Below, piece by piece: positions 1 to 10,358 of a DNA stretch of 64,000 nt (the first letter of the stretch is position 1; every line of letters begins with the position of its first letter). The notes under the pieces were generated by a model. The model was not told the origin of the DNA. It worked only from the letters and a program-made list of their open reading frames with translations, and made no database searches. The position numbers were made by a program, and so were the translations under genes. This DNA is from Candidatus Roizmanbacteria bacterium GW2011_GWC2_34_23. GTDB lineage: Bacteria; Patescibacteriota; Microgenomatia; UBA1406; GWC2-37-13. Location of the stretch: positions 8,688 through 72,687 of the forward strand of contig LBPR01000002.1 of assembly GCA_000990305.1 (NCBI GenBank), written 5' to 3'.

Positions 1-1809
1 AATTACCTTATCCATTCTCAACATTCTGTTAAATAAAGTTTTGTTATTATAAATTACTTTTAATTTCTGTTCTTCTACTCCAGGTTGCTTTTGAATTAGA
101 AGAGAATAGTTATTAGTGTCAACGTTTGATGGTAAAGTATATTTGACTATAACGGTCGCTTGTCCTTGCGTCGGTACTTCCAAAAAACCTTCAAAGACAG
201 TCTTCCCTAATTCATCATAAGTCTGAACTTTTTTTGTTGACCCCTGAAGACTAATTAGCTTTGAACCTTTAGGCACGTAAAATCTTATCCAGTTACGAAG
301 AGTGGCATTTAAACATAGCCCACCTCGCTCTAAATTACAATCCGAATGAGGATAAGGATTTTTAAAATTAATCGTTACCTCTCTCTGGCTATCTTTTGTT
401 TCCGATGTAATTGTTTCATCAACAAACATATTAGACTTGGCCCCAGCAAAATTGACATTATTTATGTGTAAATAGTCACCTTTATAATCTTTTATTTTTC
501 CGGCAAAATTAATTTGTTCCACTGACTTTTGGATATCACTATCGACAAAATAAAGCAATATATGCTTTTCTTGCAAATTTTGATACATTGTCTGCATTAA
601 AGTACCCCAGTATTTGGATGGAGAGTAACCGATAGCTTTATAAAAAAGAGCGTACATTAAATCTCCTAAAATACCCTTCCTGTTTTCCTTAAAATAACCA
701 ACCGGCCTATCTACAATGTCAAAAAGAGTATAGATCGCCTCTGGACAATCGCATCTTTGATCTTCCTTAGCGGAAAAATTAACTCCCGAAACCTGGGTAT
801 CACCAAAAATAGTCAGCATATCAACTAGGATTTTAGAATCCATGGTAATTATTCCATCATATTGAACTTTGGAGCCACTTTTTTTATAAAGAGATTCAAA
901 TAATTTTACCGATTCGACAAAGTCTGGCGATAAATTGCTGTCACGAATGTTAAAGATACTGACTCCTTTATGATAGGTAATAATTTCTGGGGGCGCTTTG
1001 GGGTGATCTGAGATCGATTCGTCTAGAGAGTAAATGTCATTTGATTGGCCTATCGTCATTTTGCCGTTTTTTATCTTGAAAACGGCATAAAAGGTCAAAA
1101 AGCCTCCGGTCGCTCTTCTTTCTTTGTCATTCTGATAAAGAATCAGGTAGGTTTTTTCTTCCTTACTTCCTAAAATCTCCGGAAGTTTTTTGATTAAAGG
1201 CTTGGCGTCAACAAACAATGAGGTCATACCTTCAAATTGTTCTTTAATGTTGATAATTCTGTCCCTAACTATCATCTTTCCAAACTTTTTCGGGTAGCGG
1301 TTGGGGTTTATTTTAGCTATTTTGGAATTAGCTATGTCAATATTAGAAGAGATTGGATCAACTTTTGCTACTAATTTGTCTAGTGTTAAAACTGCAGTCT
1401 GCAACCTATCTTCCGATGATTTTTCCACAAAGGATGCTTCGCCCTTTTTAAAACCTATCAGGTCCGCATATGGTTCGATTGTCGTAACGGTTTCTTTAGC
1501 TGCTTTAATCAAATAATTACCTGCCGTCAATCCATTTTTTAGGTCGGATACATACGGAATAAAAGAAGCCCAGTAAATTGATTTCGATGCCTTTTCAAGA
1601 TTTTGGTATTTATTAGAAAAATCATCCAATCTCATTCTTAATAACTCAATATCATTTTTGGCTAAAATTGATTTCATCTCTTTAGCCGAAGCAATGACGA
1701 TATTAGCTTTTGCCTTTATGTTAACAATCGGTCTATAAATAAAAAAATAACTTAAAACTAACAATACGATTAAGTAAATTAAACTTTTTTTGCTTTTATT
1801 TCTTCTCAT
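1..1809 (-). CDS. DUF4012-like membrane-anchored protein (3' end runs off window)
   Basis: Not in ORF track. ATG at 1809, N-terminal TM segment, motif TYLILYQNDKERRATGGFL, C-terminal QKQPG; both ends read manually and are in the same frame. Confidence 0.7.
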   Translation of the reverse strand, partial: MRRNKSKKSLIYLIVLLVLSYFFIYRPIVNIKAKANIVIASAKEMKSILAKNDIELLRMRLDDFSNKYQNLEKASKSIYWASFIPYVSDLKNGLTAGNYLIKAAKETVTTIEPYADLIGFKKGEASFVEKSSEDRLQTAVLTLDKLVAKVDPISSNIDIANSKIAKINPNRYPKKFGKMIVRDRIINIKEQFEGMTSLFVDAKPLIKKLPEILGSKEEKTYLILYQNDKERRATGGFLTFYAVFKIKNGKMTIGQSNDIYSLDESISDHPKAPPEIITYHKGVSIFNIRDSNLSPDFVESVKLFESLYKKSGSKVQYDGIITMDSKILVDMLTIFGDTQVSGVNFSAKEDQRCDCPEAIYTLFDIVDRPVGYFKENRKGILGDLMYALFYKAIGYSPSKYWGTLMQTMYQNLQEKHILLYFVDSDIQKSVEQINFAGKIKDYKGDYLHINNVNFAGAKSNMFVDETITSETKDSQREVTINFKNPYPHSDCNLERGGLCLNATLRNWIRFYVPKGSKLISLQGSTKKVQTYDELGKTVFEGFLEVPTQGQATVIVKYTLPSNVDTNNYSLLIQKQPGVEEQKLKVIYNNKTLFNRMLRMDKVI

Positions 1810-1816
1810 ATTTTTA

Positions 1817-2458
1817 TTATACAGCACCTTTCCCACTTACCATCACAACCGGGGTTAAAAAAATAATTTTTAAATCACTCCATAAGGACATATGCCTCAC
1901 ATAATCAGCATCAATCATAATTCTTTTATCAAAATTTATTTCCGATCGACCGGTCACCTGCCAAAGACCTGTAATTCCTGGTTTTACAGAAAGAACATCA
2001 TTAACTAACTTTTTTGTGTGAGGATATTCACTTAATTGATTTTCTAATTCATCTGGATAATATGCCCTTGGTCCAACTATACTCATTTCACCTTTTATCA
2101 CATTTAATAATTGTGGAATTTCATCTATTGAATGACGTCTTATAAATTTTCCAACATTGGTCACTCGAGGATCTTTTTTTAATTTATAACTGCTTCTTTT
2201 ATATTCATAAAATAATTTTTTAAAACGGGGATCAGTTCGAAGTAAATAATGAGCATTATTAATCATCGATCTGAATTTGTACATTTTGAATCTTTTTCCT
2301 TTTTCACCAATTCTTTCCGGGACATCAGCGAGAACCGGCCCTACTGAATCGATTTTTATTAGTATAGATATTAACAACGCTAGCGGTAAAAATAGTATCA
2401 ACAAAAAAATCGCCCCGACTATATCTACGACTCGTTTTAAACCTTTTTGATATTTCAT
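1817..2458 (-). CDS. Bacterial sugar transferase (priming polyprenyl glycosylphosphotransferase)
   Basis: KFRSM, DPRVT, SIDEIPQLLNV, SIVGPR, KPGITGLWQV motifs. Confidence 0.92.
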   Translation of the reverse strand: MKYQKGLKRVVDIVGAIFLLILFLPLALLISILIKIDSVGPVLADVPERIGEKGKRFKMYKFRSMINNAHYLLRTDPRFKKLFYEYKRSSYKLKKDPRVTNVGKFIRRHSIDEIPQLLNVIKGEMSIVGPRAYYPDELENQLSEYPHTKKLVNDVLSVKPGITGLWQVTGRSEINFDKRIMIDADYVRHMSLWSDLKIIFLTPVVMVSGKGAV

Positions 2459-3543
2459 ATAAGACTTTCATGTTCTGTGCCGGGAAAACTTTCAACAATT
2501 TTTTTAACTTTTCCCATCGAATTTTTTTTCGTAATTAATATTGCGTCTTGAGTATTAATAATAATGTGTTCTTTCAAATCAACAGCTACGATAATTTTAT
2601 TTTCATCATAATTATAAATCAGAGAGTCTTGGACGTTATCTAGATATACCCGTCCATTAGTGACGTTTTCTTCTGTTTTTAATTGGAGAGCTTCCTTTAG
2701 CGCCTCCCAGCTTCCAACATCACTCCAACCAATATCTTCAACAATAACGCTGGCGTCGTTTTTATCCAAATTTTCCAAAATTGCATTATCAAAATTAATA
2801 CTCTCTATTTTCCCATAGTTTTGTTTCAAAAAAGATTGATAGTTTGCTTTACCATAATTTTTTAATATTAACTCGGTGTTATTATAAATATTTGGTGCTA
2901 ATCTTTGAAAATATCTGTAAATAAAAGTAGCACTGGAAACAAAGTATCCGAGATTCCAACCGTATTTTTTTGATTGAAAAAATTTTTTTGCAGTTTCTTC
3001 ATTTGGTTTATATTTCAATCCCTCAAATTTATATATGTTTACATTGTCTTCTTTTTTTATTTGTTCCCCAATGTGGATATAGCCTAAATTTGTACTGGCG
3101 AATCTGGGTTTATTGGCGATAAAAACTATTTTATTGGGATTTTTTTTAATTTCTGATCCGGCTAATTTTAATATTTTTTTAAATAGTGTAACTTGTTTAA
3201 CTAAATGATCACTCCATAGAATGGCGACTGGTTCATCCTCCGAACTTAGTTTTGAAAGAATTCCCATAGCCAGTGCGATTGCAGGAGCAACATCCTTCTT
3301 AACTGGCTCAAAAAGAAAATTTGAGTTTGGAATCATCGGAAGTTGTTTTTTAACAATGTCTTCATAAAGCATGTTGGTGGAAATATAAATATCAGAATAA
3401 TTAAAATCAGGGAGTAACCTTTCTACCGCTAACTGTAATGTAGATTTGTTACCTATTATTTTTTCAAATTGTTTTGGGGATTTTCTCCTTGATAATGGCC
3501 AAAGCCTAATACCGGAGCCTCCGGCAAATATAATTGCTTTCAT
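2455..3543 (-). CDS. manC: Mannose-1-phosphate guanylyltransferase
   Basis: AGGSGIRLWPLSR..PKQF, WSDH, GWSDVGSWEAL. Confidence 0.88.
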   Translation of the reverse strand: MKAIIFAGGSGIRLWPLSRRKSPKQFEKIIGNKSTLQLAVERLLPDFNYSDIYISTNMLYEDIVKKQLPMIPNSNFLFEPVKKDVAPAIALAMGILSKLSSEDEPVAILWSDHLVKQVTLFKKILKLAGSEIKKNPNKIVFIANKPRFASTNLGYIHIGEQIKKEDNVNIYKFEGLKYKPNEETAKKFFQSKKYGWNLGYFVSSATFIYRYFQRLAPNIYNNTELILKNYGKANYQSFLKQNYGKIESINFDNAILENLDKNDASVIVEDIGWSDVGSWEALKEALQLKTEENVTNGRVYLDNVQDSLIYNYDENKIIVAVDLKEHIIINTQDAILITKKNSMGKVKKIVESFPGTEHESLI

Positions 3544-3554
3544 AAGATAATATC

Positions 3555-3667
3555 AAATAACAAATGATAAATAATAATTGAATTACAAATAACAAATTTT
3601 AAATGTTTTAAACATTTGTTATTTATTATTTAATATTCAATTGATGTTTGTTATTAGTTATTTGTTA
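3555..3667. repeat. Degenerate heptamer array in two inverted halves (AAATAAC../..GTTATTT)
   Basis: AAAT-type units followed by their complements between manC and the GT4 gene. Confidence 0.6.
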
Positions 3668-3668
3668 T

Positions 3669-4745
3669 TCAGATGGATTCCAAAATCCTTTTCTCAAATA
3701 TTTTTTTACCAAACTTCTCAACATTCTTAATCCCCAGCTCTTTAACCTTAGTTCTCAAATTGTACTTAATTTTATTAAATCTTTCAATCGTTCTCCTTAA
3801 ACTTTGCTCACTTTGGTGATCAAAAAATAGTCCTGTTTTTCCATCAATAACAGTTTCTATTGTCCCACCTTTTTTATAAGCAATAACCGGACAACCAAAA
3901 AACTGCGCCTCCAGAGAAACATAGCCAAAATCCTCTTCCTGGGGCATTATTAAAGCTTGGGCTTTTGAATAAAGGTTCCCCAATTCAATATCCGATAGTT
4001 TTGACAGAAAGGTAATGTTTTTTCCCGCCATTTGTTTTAGCTTCTTCTCTTCACTCCCCTCTCCAACAATAACTAGCGGTTTATTTAATTTATTAAATAC
4101 TTTAATTGCCAAATTAATTTTTTTGTACGGCTCTAGTCTTGAAACAACCAGAAAATATTTAGTATTTAGTATTTTGTATTTAGGATTTATTTGTGATTTG
4201 GAATTTATAATTTTAGATTTTATTTCTTGCCAATAATCAATATCAAACCCCGGATAAATAACTTTTGAACCTCTTTTATAATATCTTAAACAACGATTTC
4301 TGACCGTCTCTGATATTGAAATAATCTTATCTGGTCTTTGAGCTGAAACAAAATCCCACTGCCTTATATTATCCAAGTAACCACGAACTAAGTAACTAAT
4401 TAATTTATTGTTCAAATAGTCTTTCTCATGACTCCATAAATATCTTGTTGGTGTGAGTAAATAACAAATATGCCGTGTTCCTGGTTGAGTGATAATTGCT
4501 TTTGCAAAAGAAGATGTAACTGAAATAACCAAATCATATTCAGAAAAATCAAATGATTCAAAAGCAAAAGGATAAAAAATGAAAGAAAGGATCCGGCTTT
4601 TTTTTATAAAATCTGGAAAAATTTGTAAAAACGAAGTTTTTATTTTTAAATCTTTTGCCCAATCGGCTTTTTCTTTATCAAAATATGAAGTGTAAAAAAC
4701 CGCTTCAGGAAACATTTCATGAAGCGTTAACAAAACTCTCTCCAC
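3669..4745 (-). CDS. Glycosyltransferase family 4, N-terminus apparently damaged
   Basis: VSRLEPYKK, EEDFGYVSLEAQFFGCPVIAY; frame continues upstream to WIDKWGG but the ATG at 4773 is out of frame. Confidence 0.85.
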   Translation of the reverse strand: MERVLLTLHEMFPEAVFYTSYFDKEKADWAKDLKIKTSFLQIFPDFIKKSRILSFIFYPFAFESFDFSEYDLVISVTSSFAKAIITQPGTRHICYLLTPTRYLWSHEKDYLNNKLISYLVRGYLDNIRQWDFVSAQRPDKIISISETVRNRCLRYYKRGSKVIYPGFDIDYWQEIKSKIINSKSQINPKYKILNTKYFLVVSRLEPYKKINLAIKVFNKLNKPLVIVGEGSEEKKLKQMAGKNITFLSKLSDIELGNLYSKAQALIMPQEEDFGYVSLEAQFFGCPVIAYKKGGTIETVIDGKTGLFFDHQSEQSLRRTIERFNKIKYNLRTKVKELGIKNVEKFGKKIFEKRILESI

Positions 4746-4906
4746 TCCTCCCCACTTATCAATCCAGTAGCATAGTTTATATTATAGCAATCTCTCTTGT
4801 GTTATTATTTTATTAATGAAATTCTTAAAACAAAATATTAAAGATATTTAAATAGAATTTGCTCAGCCAAAAAACAACCGCCCATGCAAGAGTGTGTTAA
4901 AAAATT

Positions 4907-5536
4907 ATGGCATTTGATGAAAAAATTATTAAGAAAGTAAAAGAAAAGGCAGCATTTAAATGTTGTCGATGTCAGTCTATTGGAATTGAAGTACATCACA
5001 TAATTCCACAAAAAGAAAAAAGACTAGATACTTTTGACAATGCTGCACCATTATGCCCAAACTGTCACACATGGTTTGGTGATAATCCGTTGAAGCGTAA
5101 AGAAATAACTCAAATGAGAAATTGGTGGTATAAAAAAGCACAAGAGTTATATAGTCCAAGAACAATTGATTATCAAATCTTGAATGATATTAATTCTAAA
5201 ATTGAGGCACTCGTTATTAATCAAGATAAAGGATTGAGTAACTTAAAAAAAACTTTAAAAAGGGTCGCGATTGAAACTATTGAACAAATGACAGCTGGAA
5301 CCGCTAGAATCACCGCATCAGGTATAGCAAATGCTACCGTTGTACCTTATCGAGTCGATAAAGGTGGAATTTCTGAGGTATATGATACAAATTATTTAGG
5401 AATATTTTCTAAAAGGATAAAATGTCCAAAATGCGGAACCTTAGGAAAGGAAAATTTAGCATATTCAACTACTCTTTATCCAAATAGACATAAACATTAT
5501 AAGTGTGAAACGTGCGGGACCGAATTTGAGGCATAG
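4907..5536 (+). CDS. HNH endonuclease with C-terminal zinc ribbon
   Basis: CCRC..EVHHIIP..NAAPLCPNCH; CPKC/CETC at C-terminus. Confidence 0.8.
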   Translation: MAFDEKIIKKVKEKAAFKCCRCQSIGIEVHHIIPQKEKRLDTFDNAAPLCPNCHTWFGDNPLKRKEITQMRNWWYKKAQELYSPRTIDYQILNDINSKIEALVINQDKGLSNLKKTLKRVAIETIEQMTAGTARITASGIANATVVPYRVDKGGISEVYDTNYLGIFSKRIKCPKCGTLGKENLAYSTTLYPNRHKHYKCETCGTEFEA

Positions 5537-5573
5537 TTTTTTGTAGATAGTCAAAAGATGAGGATCAGTTTCA

Positions 5574-6263
5574 CTATCGACTTTGTGGAAAGTTTACCAT
5601 TTGTGGCAGGTTTATTGGTTCTCCCGATCCATTTGAAATACTAACTTGACAATTTGTTAACCTTGTGTCCTTTGCACTTATGCAGACCTTATTGCCGCTG
5701 TTATCGTAATGGCATTCATGCCACATATCACCGACGGAGTCGAAGTCAATATTCGTAGTTTTTCCTGGCAGAAGTGCTTTGTCCAAAGTTCTATCACCAC
5801 TAGATTTTTTGTATATATTTTGATTGTTATCTATAAATATGCAATTGCTTAGGGATAGTTTAGTCAGAAATGGTTTAACTGAGATATTTTTCACTGTTGT
5901 AGTAAAGCTAAAGCCACCGTTCCTTAGGACTGGAGGATTGGTAACGGAAACTAAATACTGACCAGTGACTGTTGACTTCTCATTGCTCATTTTAATTGTT
6001 GGATTAGTAGTTGAGCTATTTTTTACCCAAACTTCAATTTGGTTAAACCCTTCTGGACACTTTTCTTTATTTAAAAAGGCAATGGTACTTTGAGTTTTTA
6101 TTATCCCGTCCTCCACTTTATCTCTAGAACAGATATTCCCCCAATGTCCTGATCTAGGGAATATGTTAAGCATTATGACCAACATTGGAAGATATAGAAT
6201 AATTACTAAGAGCAGTATTCTAGGAAGACTTTTAATAAGCCGTGAAGCGTCTGTTTTTATCAT
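5574..6263 (-). CDS. Hypothetical membrane-anchored, Cys-containing extracellular protein
   Basis: N-terminal TM helix, beta-rich S/T/N-rich remainder. Confidence 0.55.
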   Translation of the reverse strand: MIKTDASRLIKSLPRILLLVIILYLPMLVIMLNIFPRSGHWGNICSRDKVEDGIIKTQSTIAFLNKEKCPEGFNQIEVWVKNSSTTNPTIKMSNEKSTVTGQYLVSVTNPPVLRNGGFSFTTTVKNISVKPFLTKLSLSNCIFIDNNQNIYKKSSGDRTLDKALLPGKTTNIDFDSVGDMWHECHYDNSGNKVCISAKDTRLTNCQVSISNGSGEPINLPQMVNFPQSR

Positions 6264-6414
6264 TTACTTCATTTTCTCACTGGGGTTTGTATAAATCAAG
6301 TAAATTGAAAACGTTATTACAATTCCTGCCAATACTAAGCATAAAATCGAAGCTCTCGGTATTGAAACAAGTGAATATTACTTCTTTAGAATAAAATGCA
6401 AATAAAATAATTGA

Positions 6415-6436
6415 TTCAATGTATTGATACATTGAA
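6415..6436. repeat. 22-bp palindrome TTCAATGTAT-TG-ATACATTGAA
   Basis: Exact reverse complement at 7401-7422; variants at 6984-7001 and 29046-29067. Confidence 0.8.
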
Positions 6437-6442
6437 GTTTTA

Positions 6443-6889
6443 TTAACGATCCATAGGTTGTTGGCGTTTGCGTTGATGTTGGTAATAAATTTTTTTGTCT
6501 TGGGACCAATTAGATCCTTTTTTTAATGTTCCATAAAATACATCTACAAAAATATCTTCAAATAGATGCTTTAATTTCTCATTTTTTAATTTGTTCGATA
6601 AATAATCTTTTATTACAGTTGAACGGTCAAGATAATGTTTAAAGTATGTAACAGTACACGTAGATATTTTTAAAGTATCCTCAATCTCACGAATTGGAAC
6701 TTTTTTAATTAAGAGATAGAAACAAGCAACTCTTTTTGCAATCATTATCTTCTCTGTTGATGTTAAAAGTTCGTTCAAAACCTCATTTACTTCTTTTTTG
6801 TCAGACAAAGTAAGCAGTAGATCGAAAAGTAATTCGTTTATCCGGGACATCATCGTTTGATCAATGTACCTCTTCGATATTTGGGCCAT
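6443..6889 (-). CDS. TrpR-like (YerC/YecD) HTH protein
   Basis: ELLTSTEKIMIAKR..IREIEDTLKISTCTVT matches the Trp-repressor-like family. Confidence 0.75.
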   Translation of the reverse strand: MAQISKRYIDQTMMSRINELLFDLLLTLSDKKEVNEVLNELLTSTEKIMIAKRVACFYLLIKKVPIREIEDTLKISTCTVTYFKHYLDRSTVIKDYLSNKLKNEKLKHLFEDIFVDVFYGTLKKGSNWSQDKKIYYQHQRKRQQPMDR

Positions 6890-7051
6890 AAAAACAGAAT
6901 ATTATCTAAGACAAAGTTTGTCTACCGTTTATAACCTACAAAAGTGTCTTCTTGGACTATTGGAACAACTTTTTTTCTTTGATAGACGTATTGATACATC
7001 TGAGGCTGGTTTTTATTTGTAAAATAACAATAAATGGAGGGTCAATTTTTA

Positions 7052-8140
7052 TTAAGAATGTTTATATATTTTCAAAGTTTTCTCGGTCATTTTTTCAAAA
7101 GAATATTTTTTGATTATATTTTTATAATCAAATTTTGGGTAGTTTTTGATAAAACTGTTTATTTTTTCGACAATATCATCAGTGTCTTTCGGATTGAAAG
7201 ATAAATAATCATTTCCCAACAGTTCTTTAAAAACTTCAATGTTTGACGCAATTATTGGGCAGTTAAAATATGCCGCCTCTATTAATGGTAGGCCAAAACC
7301 CTCAGATAGAGAAGGATGAATTAATGCTTCCGCGTTCTTGTAAAAGAATATCAAATCAGATAGTGTTGGATTTTTTAACATTAAAACATTTTTACTTAAT
7401 TTCAATGTATCAATACATTGAAGTATTTTATTTGAAAAAAAGTCGTCGGGTCCTAAAAGAATCAACGTATATTTTTTATCAATATTTTGAAATGCTTCAA
7501 TTAATTTTTCAACATTCTTATGAGGGTAAAAATTTCCAACATAAATAAAAAAGTTGCTAAATTTCTTACTAAGTTCTTTATTTTCTTTTGATCCCATTAT
7601 TTGATAATTAACACCTTCATAAATCGCCGATATTTTCTTTGATATTTTTTGTCCATATATTTCTACTAATTGTTCTTTAACGGTATTCGTTGGTGTAATA
7701 ATTTTAATCGCCCGATTAATTTGACAACGGAGAATAATCCTAAAAAATAAATGTTTAATATTATAAATTAATTGATTTTTGGTTGAAGCTTTTCCGGTTT
7801 TGAATAATAAAGGCGTAACATCATGAACTGTAGCAATAAATTTTTTCCAATAGAAAATAGGGTAACTAAAATAAGTAAAATGCATTAAGTCTAAATTATC
7901 TTGATAAAGCTTTATTGCAAAACCAATTTGCTCACCCAAAGAATGCCAACGATAATTAATTTTTCTTTTAAAAATATTCTTATTTAGAAACGAAATATTT
8001 TTATAATCGTCAGGCATCAAATATATATATACCAATTTATTTTTGAGATCTTTTTTTTCCAAATAATATATTAAGTTTTTTAAGTAAGTTCCGACTCCTG
8101 TTTGAGAATATAATCTGGCATCAATTCCAATTTTTTTCAT
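7052..8140 (-). CDS. Glycosyltransferase family 4
   Basis: IGIDAR, VGNFYPHKN, PSLSEGFGLPLIEA. Confidence 0.9.
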   Translation of the reverse strand: MKKIGIDARLYSQTGVGTYLKNLIYYLEKKDLKNKLVYIYLMPDDYKNISFLNKNIFKRKINYRWHSLGEQIGFAIKLYQDNLDLMHFTYFSYPIFYWKKFIATVHDVTPLLFKTGKASTKNQLIYNIKHLFFRIILRCQINRAIKIITPTNTVKEQLVEIYGQKISKKISAIYEGVNYQIMGSKENKELSKKFSNFFIYVGNFYPHKNVEKLIEAFQNIDKKYTLILLGPDDFFSNKILQCIDTLKLSKNVLMLKNPTLSDLIFFYKNAEALIHPSLSEGFGLPLIEAAYFNCPIIASNIEVFKELLGNDYLSFNPKDTDDIVEKINSFIKNYPKFDYKNIIKKYSFEKMTEKTLKIYKHS

Positions 8141-9021
8141 TTATTTAATCCTTTTTTAATATCTATCGCTAAATATACTAGTTTATTTGTTAGCCAGTTG
8201 TTATCTTCAGCATAGTGCTTATTATAAAAGATCTTCATTGAGTCATAGAAATAATAGTTTGTTTTTCTTCTGATGTTCAGATCATTTTTCTTTAACCCCG
8301 ATATCGACTTTAAATGAAGAACTTTCCATAACGGATAATAAATGATCTTATAACCTAATTTCTTAATTTGAAAAGCCATCTCAATATCTTCTCCGTAGGC
8401 AAAATAGTCGACATCAAATCCGCCGATTTTATCAATAATTTCCCGTTTAGTAAACAGAAAGGCTCCGGTAAGAACGTCAATTTCGTGAATATTATTTAAA
8501 TTTAAATTTATTAAATGATATCCTCCAAATAATTTATTTAATACCGGTATATTAAAAAATGTTTTTTCTAATCCAGAAAAATAGGTAAACGACCTCCAAA
8601 GTGTTGGAAAACCCCGATGTGAGGCGGGATCAATTTCGCCTGTTGGCAGAATTACTTTTACAGTCAATGCTCCTATATTTTTTTGTATTTCCATTAACTT
8701 AATTAAATCTCGAAAATCTATGTCAGTTATAATTGCATCGGAATTAAGATATAAGACATATTTTCCCCCACTTTTTTTTAACCCAAAATTATTTCCCCTA
8801 CCGAAACCAAGATTTTTTTTACTTAAAAATACATGTAAATTATCCCACTGTTTTTCTAAACCCAAAAGAAATTCAACTGTTCCATCACGAGAATCATTGT
8901 CAACAACAATAATTTCATGTTCTAGGGGATATTTAATTAAATTTTTATGTAGTGAAAAAAGGCATTCCTTAGTTACCTCTTTAGTATTAAAAGAAACAAT
9001 AATAATTGAAAGAGGGATCAT
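8137..9021 (-). CDS. Glycosyltransferase family 2 (rhamnosyltransferase-like)
   Basis: SIIIVSFN, VVDNDSRDGT, LNSD, GGFD..YGED. Confidence 0.9.
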   Translation of the reverse strand: MIPLSIIIVSFNTKEVTKECLFSLHKNLIKYPLEHEIIVVDNDSRDGTVEFLLGLEKQWDNLHVFLSKKNLGFGRGNNFGLKKSGGKYVLYLNSDAIITDIDFRDLIKLMEIQKNIGALTVKVILPTGEIDPASHRGFPTLWRSFTYFSGLEKTFFNIPVLNKLFGGYHLINLNLNNIHEIDVLTGAFLFTKREIIDKIGGFDVDYFAYGEDIEMAFQIKKLGYKIIYYPLWKVLHLKSISGLKKNDLNIRRKTNYYFYDSMKIFYNKHYAEDNNWLTNKLVYLAIDIKKGLNK

Positions 9022-9036
9022 AAATAAAAAAGTAAA

Positions 9037-9492
9037 TTATCGCTTCGGTGATTGCTTCATTCTTCTTGCTTTTCCTCCGGTACCTACTTTTCTTGTTTCT
9101 TTCTTTCTTGGATCTCGCGTTAACAAACCATTGGCTTTCAATAAAGGTCTGTAGGTATCATTGTCAACAGTCAATAGCGCTCTCGCTATCCCATGAACCA
9201 TTGCATCTAATTGGCCAGTTGTCCCACCACCAGATACCAATATTGAAACTGCAAATCTATTCTCATTTTTTGTTAAGGTTAAAGGAAACGATAAAAACAT
9301 CTTTTTATGAGTTTTAAAAGATGTTTCGGCAACGGATTTACCGTTAATAAAAATTTCCCCAGCTTTTATTTTTAGCTTACCCACTGACACTTCGGCACTT
9401 TTTTTTACTAAATACAATCGTACGCGAGCCACTGACTGTTTTCGTCTGCCAACAGCTTCATAGTAACTGATATCTTTAGCTTTTTTTACCAT
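9037..9492 (-). CDS. rpsI: 30S ribosomal protein S9
   Basis: GRRKQSVARV, LLTRDPR..KARRMKQSPKR. Confidence 0.97.
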   Translation of the reverse strand: MVKKAKDISYYEAVGRRKQSVARVRLYLVKKSAEVSVGKLKIKAGEIFINGKSVAETSFKTHKKMFLSFPLTLTKNENRFAVSILVSGGGTTGQLDAMVHGIARALLTVDNDTYRPLLKANGLLTRDPRKKETRKVGTGGKARRMKQSPKR

Positions 9493-9503
9493 ATTTTTTT
9501 ATT

Positions 9504-9531
9504 GTAAGGAACAAAGATTTTTGTTCCTTAC
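9504..9531. repeat. 28-bp REP-like palindrome, family A
   Basis: GTAAGGAACAAAGATTTTTGTTCCTTAC between rplM and rpsI. Confidence 0.85.
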
Positions 9532-9550
9532 CTTATAACGTTTATAACGA

Positions 9551-9982
9551 TTATTTAACAAATTTGCTTGCAAAACTATGTTCTGCATTTGGAAAAACAT
9601 TGACTCGATTCAATCTATCGCTACGAAATTTATTTTTAGCCAACATTCCAGATACGGCTCTTTTAATAACTTCTCGTGAATCTTTTTTTAGTAAATCTGC
9701 AAAATTAATCTTTCTCAAACCACCAGGATAACCTGAATAATTTGTATACTCCTTAGCTAATGCTTTTTTTCCAGTAATCACAACCTTTGAAGCATTGATA
9801 ACAACAACATAATCACCTATGTCCATATTAGGAACGTAGCTTGTTTTATGTTTTCCTTGGACTAATTTAACAATTTGAGGTGTCAATCTTCCTAAAATTT
9901 TGTCCTGCGCATCAATTAAATGCCATTTTCTGTCAATCTGTTTCTCTTTGGTTGGTTTTGTTGATTGGGTTAATTTATTCAT
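9551..9982 (-). CDS. rplM: 50S ribosomal protein L13
   Basis: WHLIDA..LGRL, GDYVVVINA, YSGYPGG; start reassigned to MNKL. Confidence 0.97.
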   Translation of the reverse strand: MNKLTQSTKPTKEKQIDRKWHLIDAQDKILGRLTPQIVKLVQGKHKTSYVPNMDIGDYVVVINASKVVITGKKALAKEYTNYSGYPGGLRKINFADLLKKDSREVIKRAVSGMLAKNKFRSDRLNRVNVFPNAEHSFASKFVK

Positions 9983-10356
9983 ATCTGCTTTTGTTTTATA
10001 ATTGGATAGACCCACTCGATACGGCCTACCTCAGCCCCATCAGATTCTCTCTGACCTAACTTAACAACTCTTACATATCCACCATTTATTTTTGCTATGA
10101 TTGGACTTATATCTTTATATGCCATCTCTATCACTTCTTTATTATCTAGTTTTTGTTTCAAATAATTAACATTTGCTTCGGTCCTTATTTTCATCTTCTC
10201 AATTAATCTTTCAATTACCGGCTTGATTGCTTTAGCTTTTGACAAAGTTGTTGTTAATTTTCCTTTTAAGAAGAAATTAACCGCCAATTTTCTGACTCGT
10301 GCACGATTAGCATCAATACCATTACTAAATTTTATTTTTTTTACTCGATGTCTCAT
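9979..10356 (-). CDS. rplQ: 50S ribosomal protein L17
   Basis: MRHR, TTLSKAK, GGYVRVVKLG. Confidence 0.96.
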   Translation of the reverse strand: MRHRVKKIKFSNGIDANRARVRKLAVNFFLKGKLTTTLSKAKAIKPVIERLIEKMKIRTEANVNYLKQKLDNKEVIEMAYKDISPIIAKINGGYVRVVKLGQRESDGAEVGRIEWVYPIIKQKQI

Positions 10357-10358
10357 AT

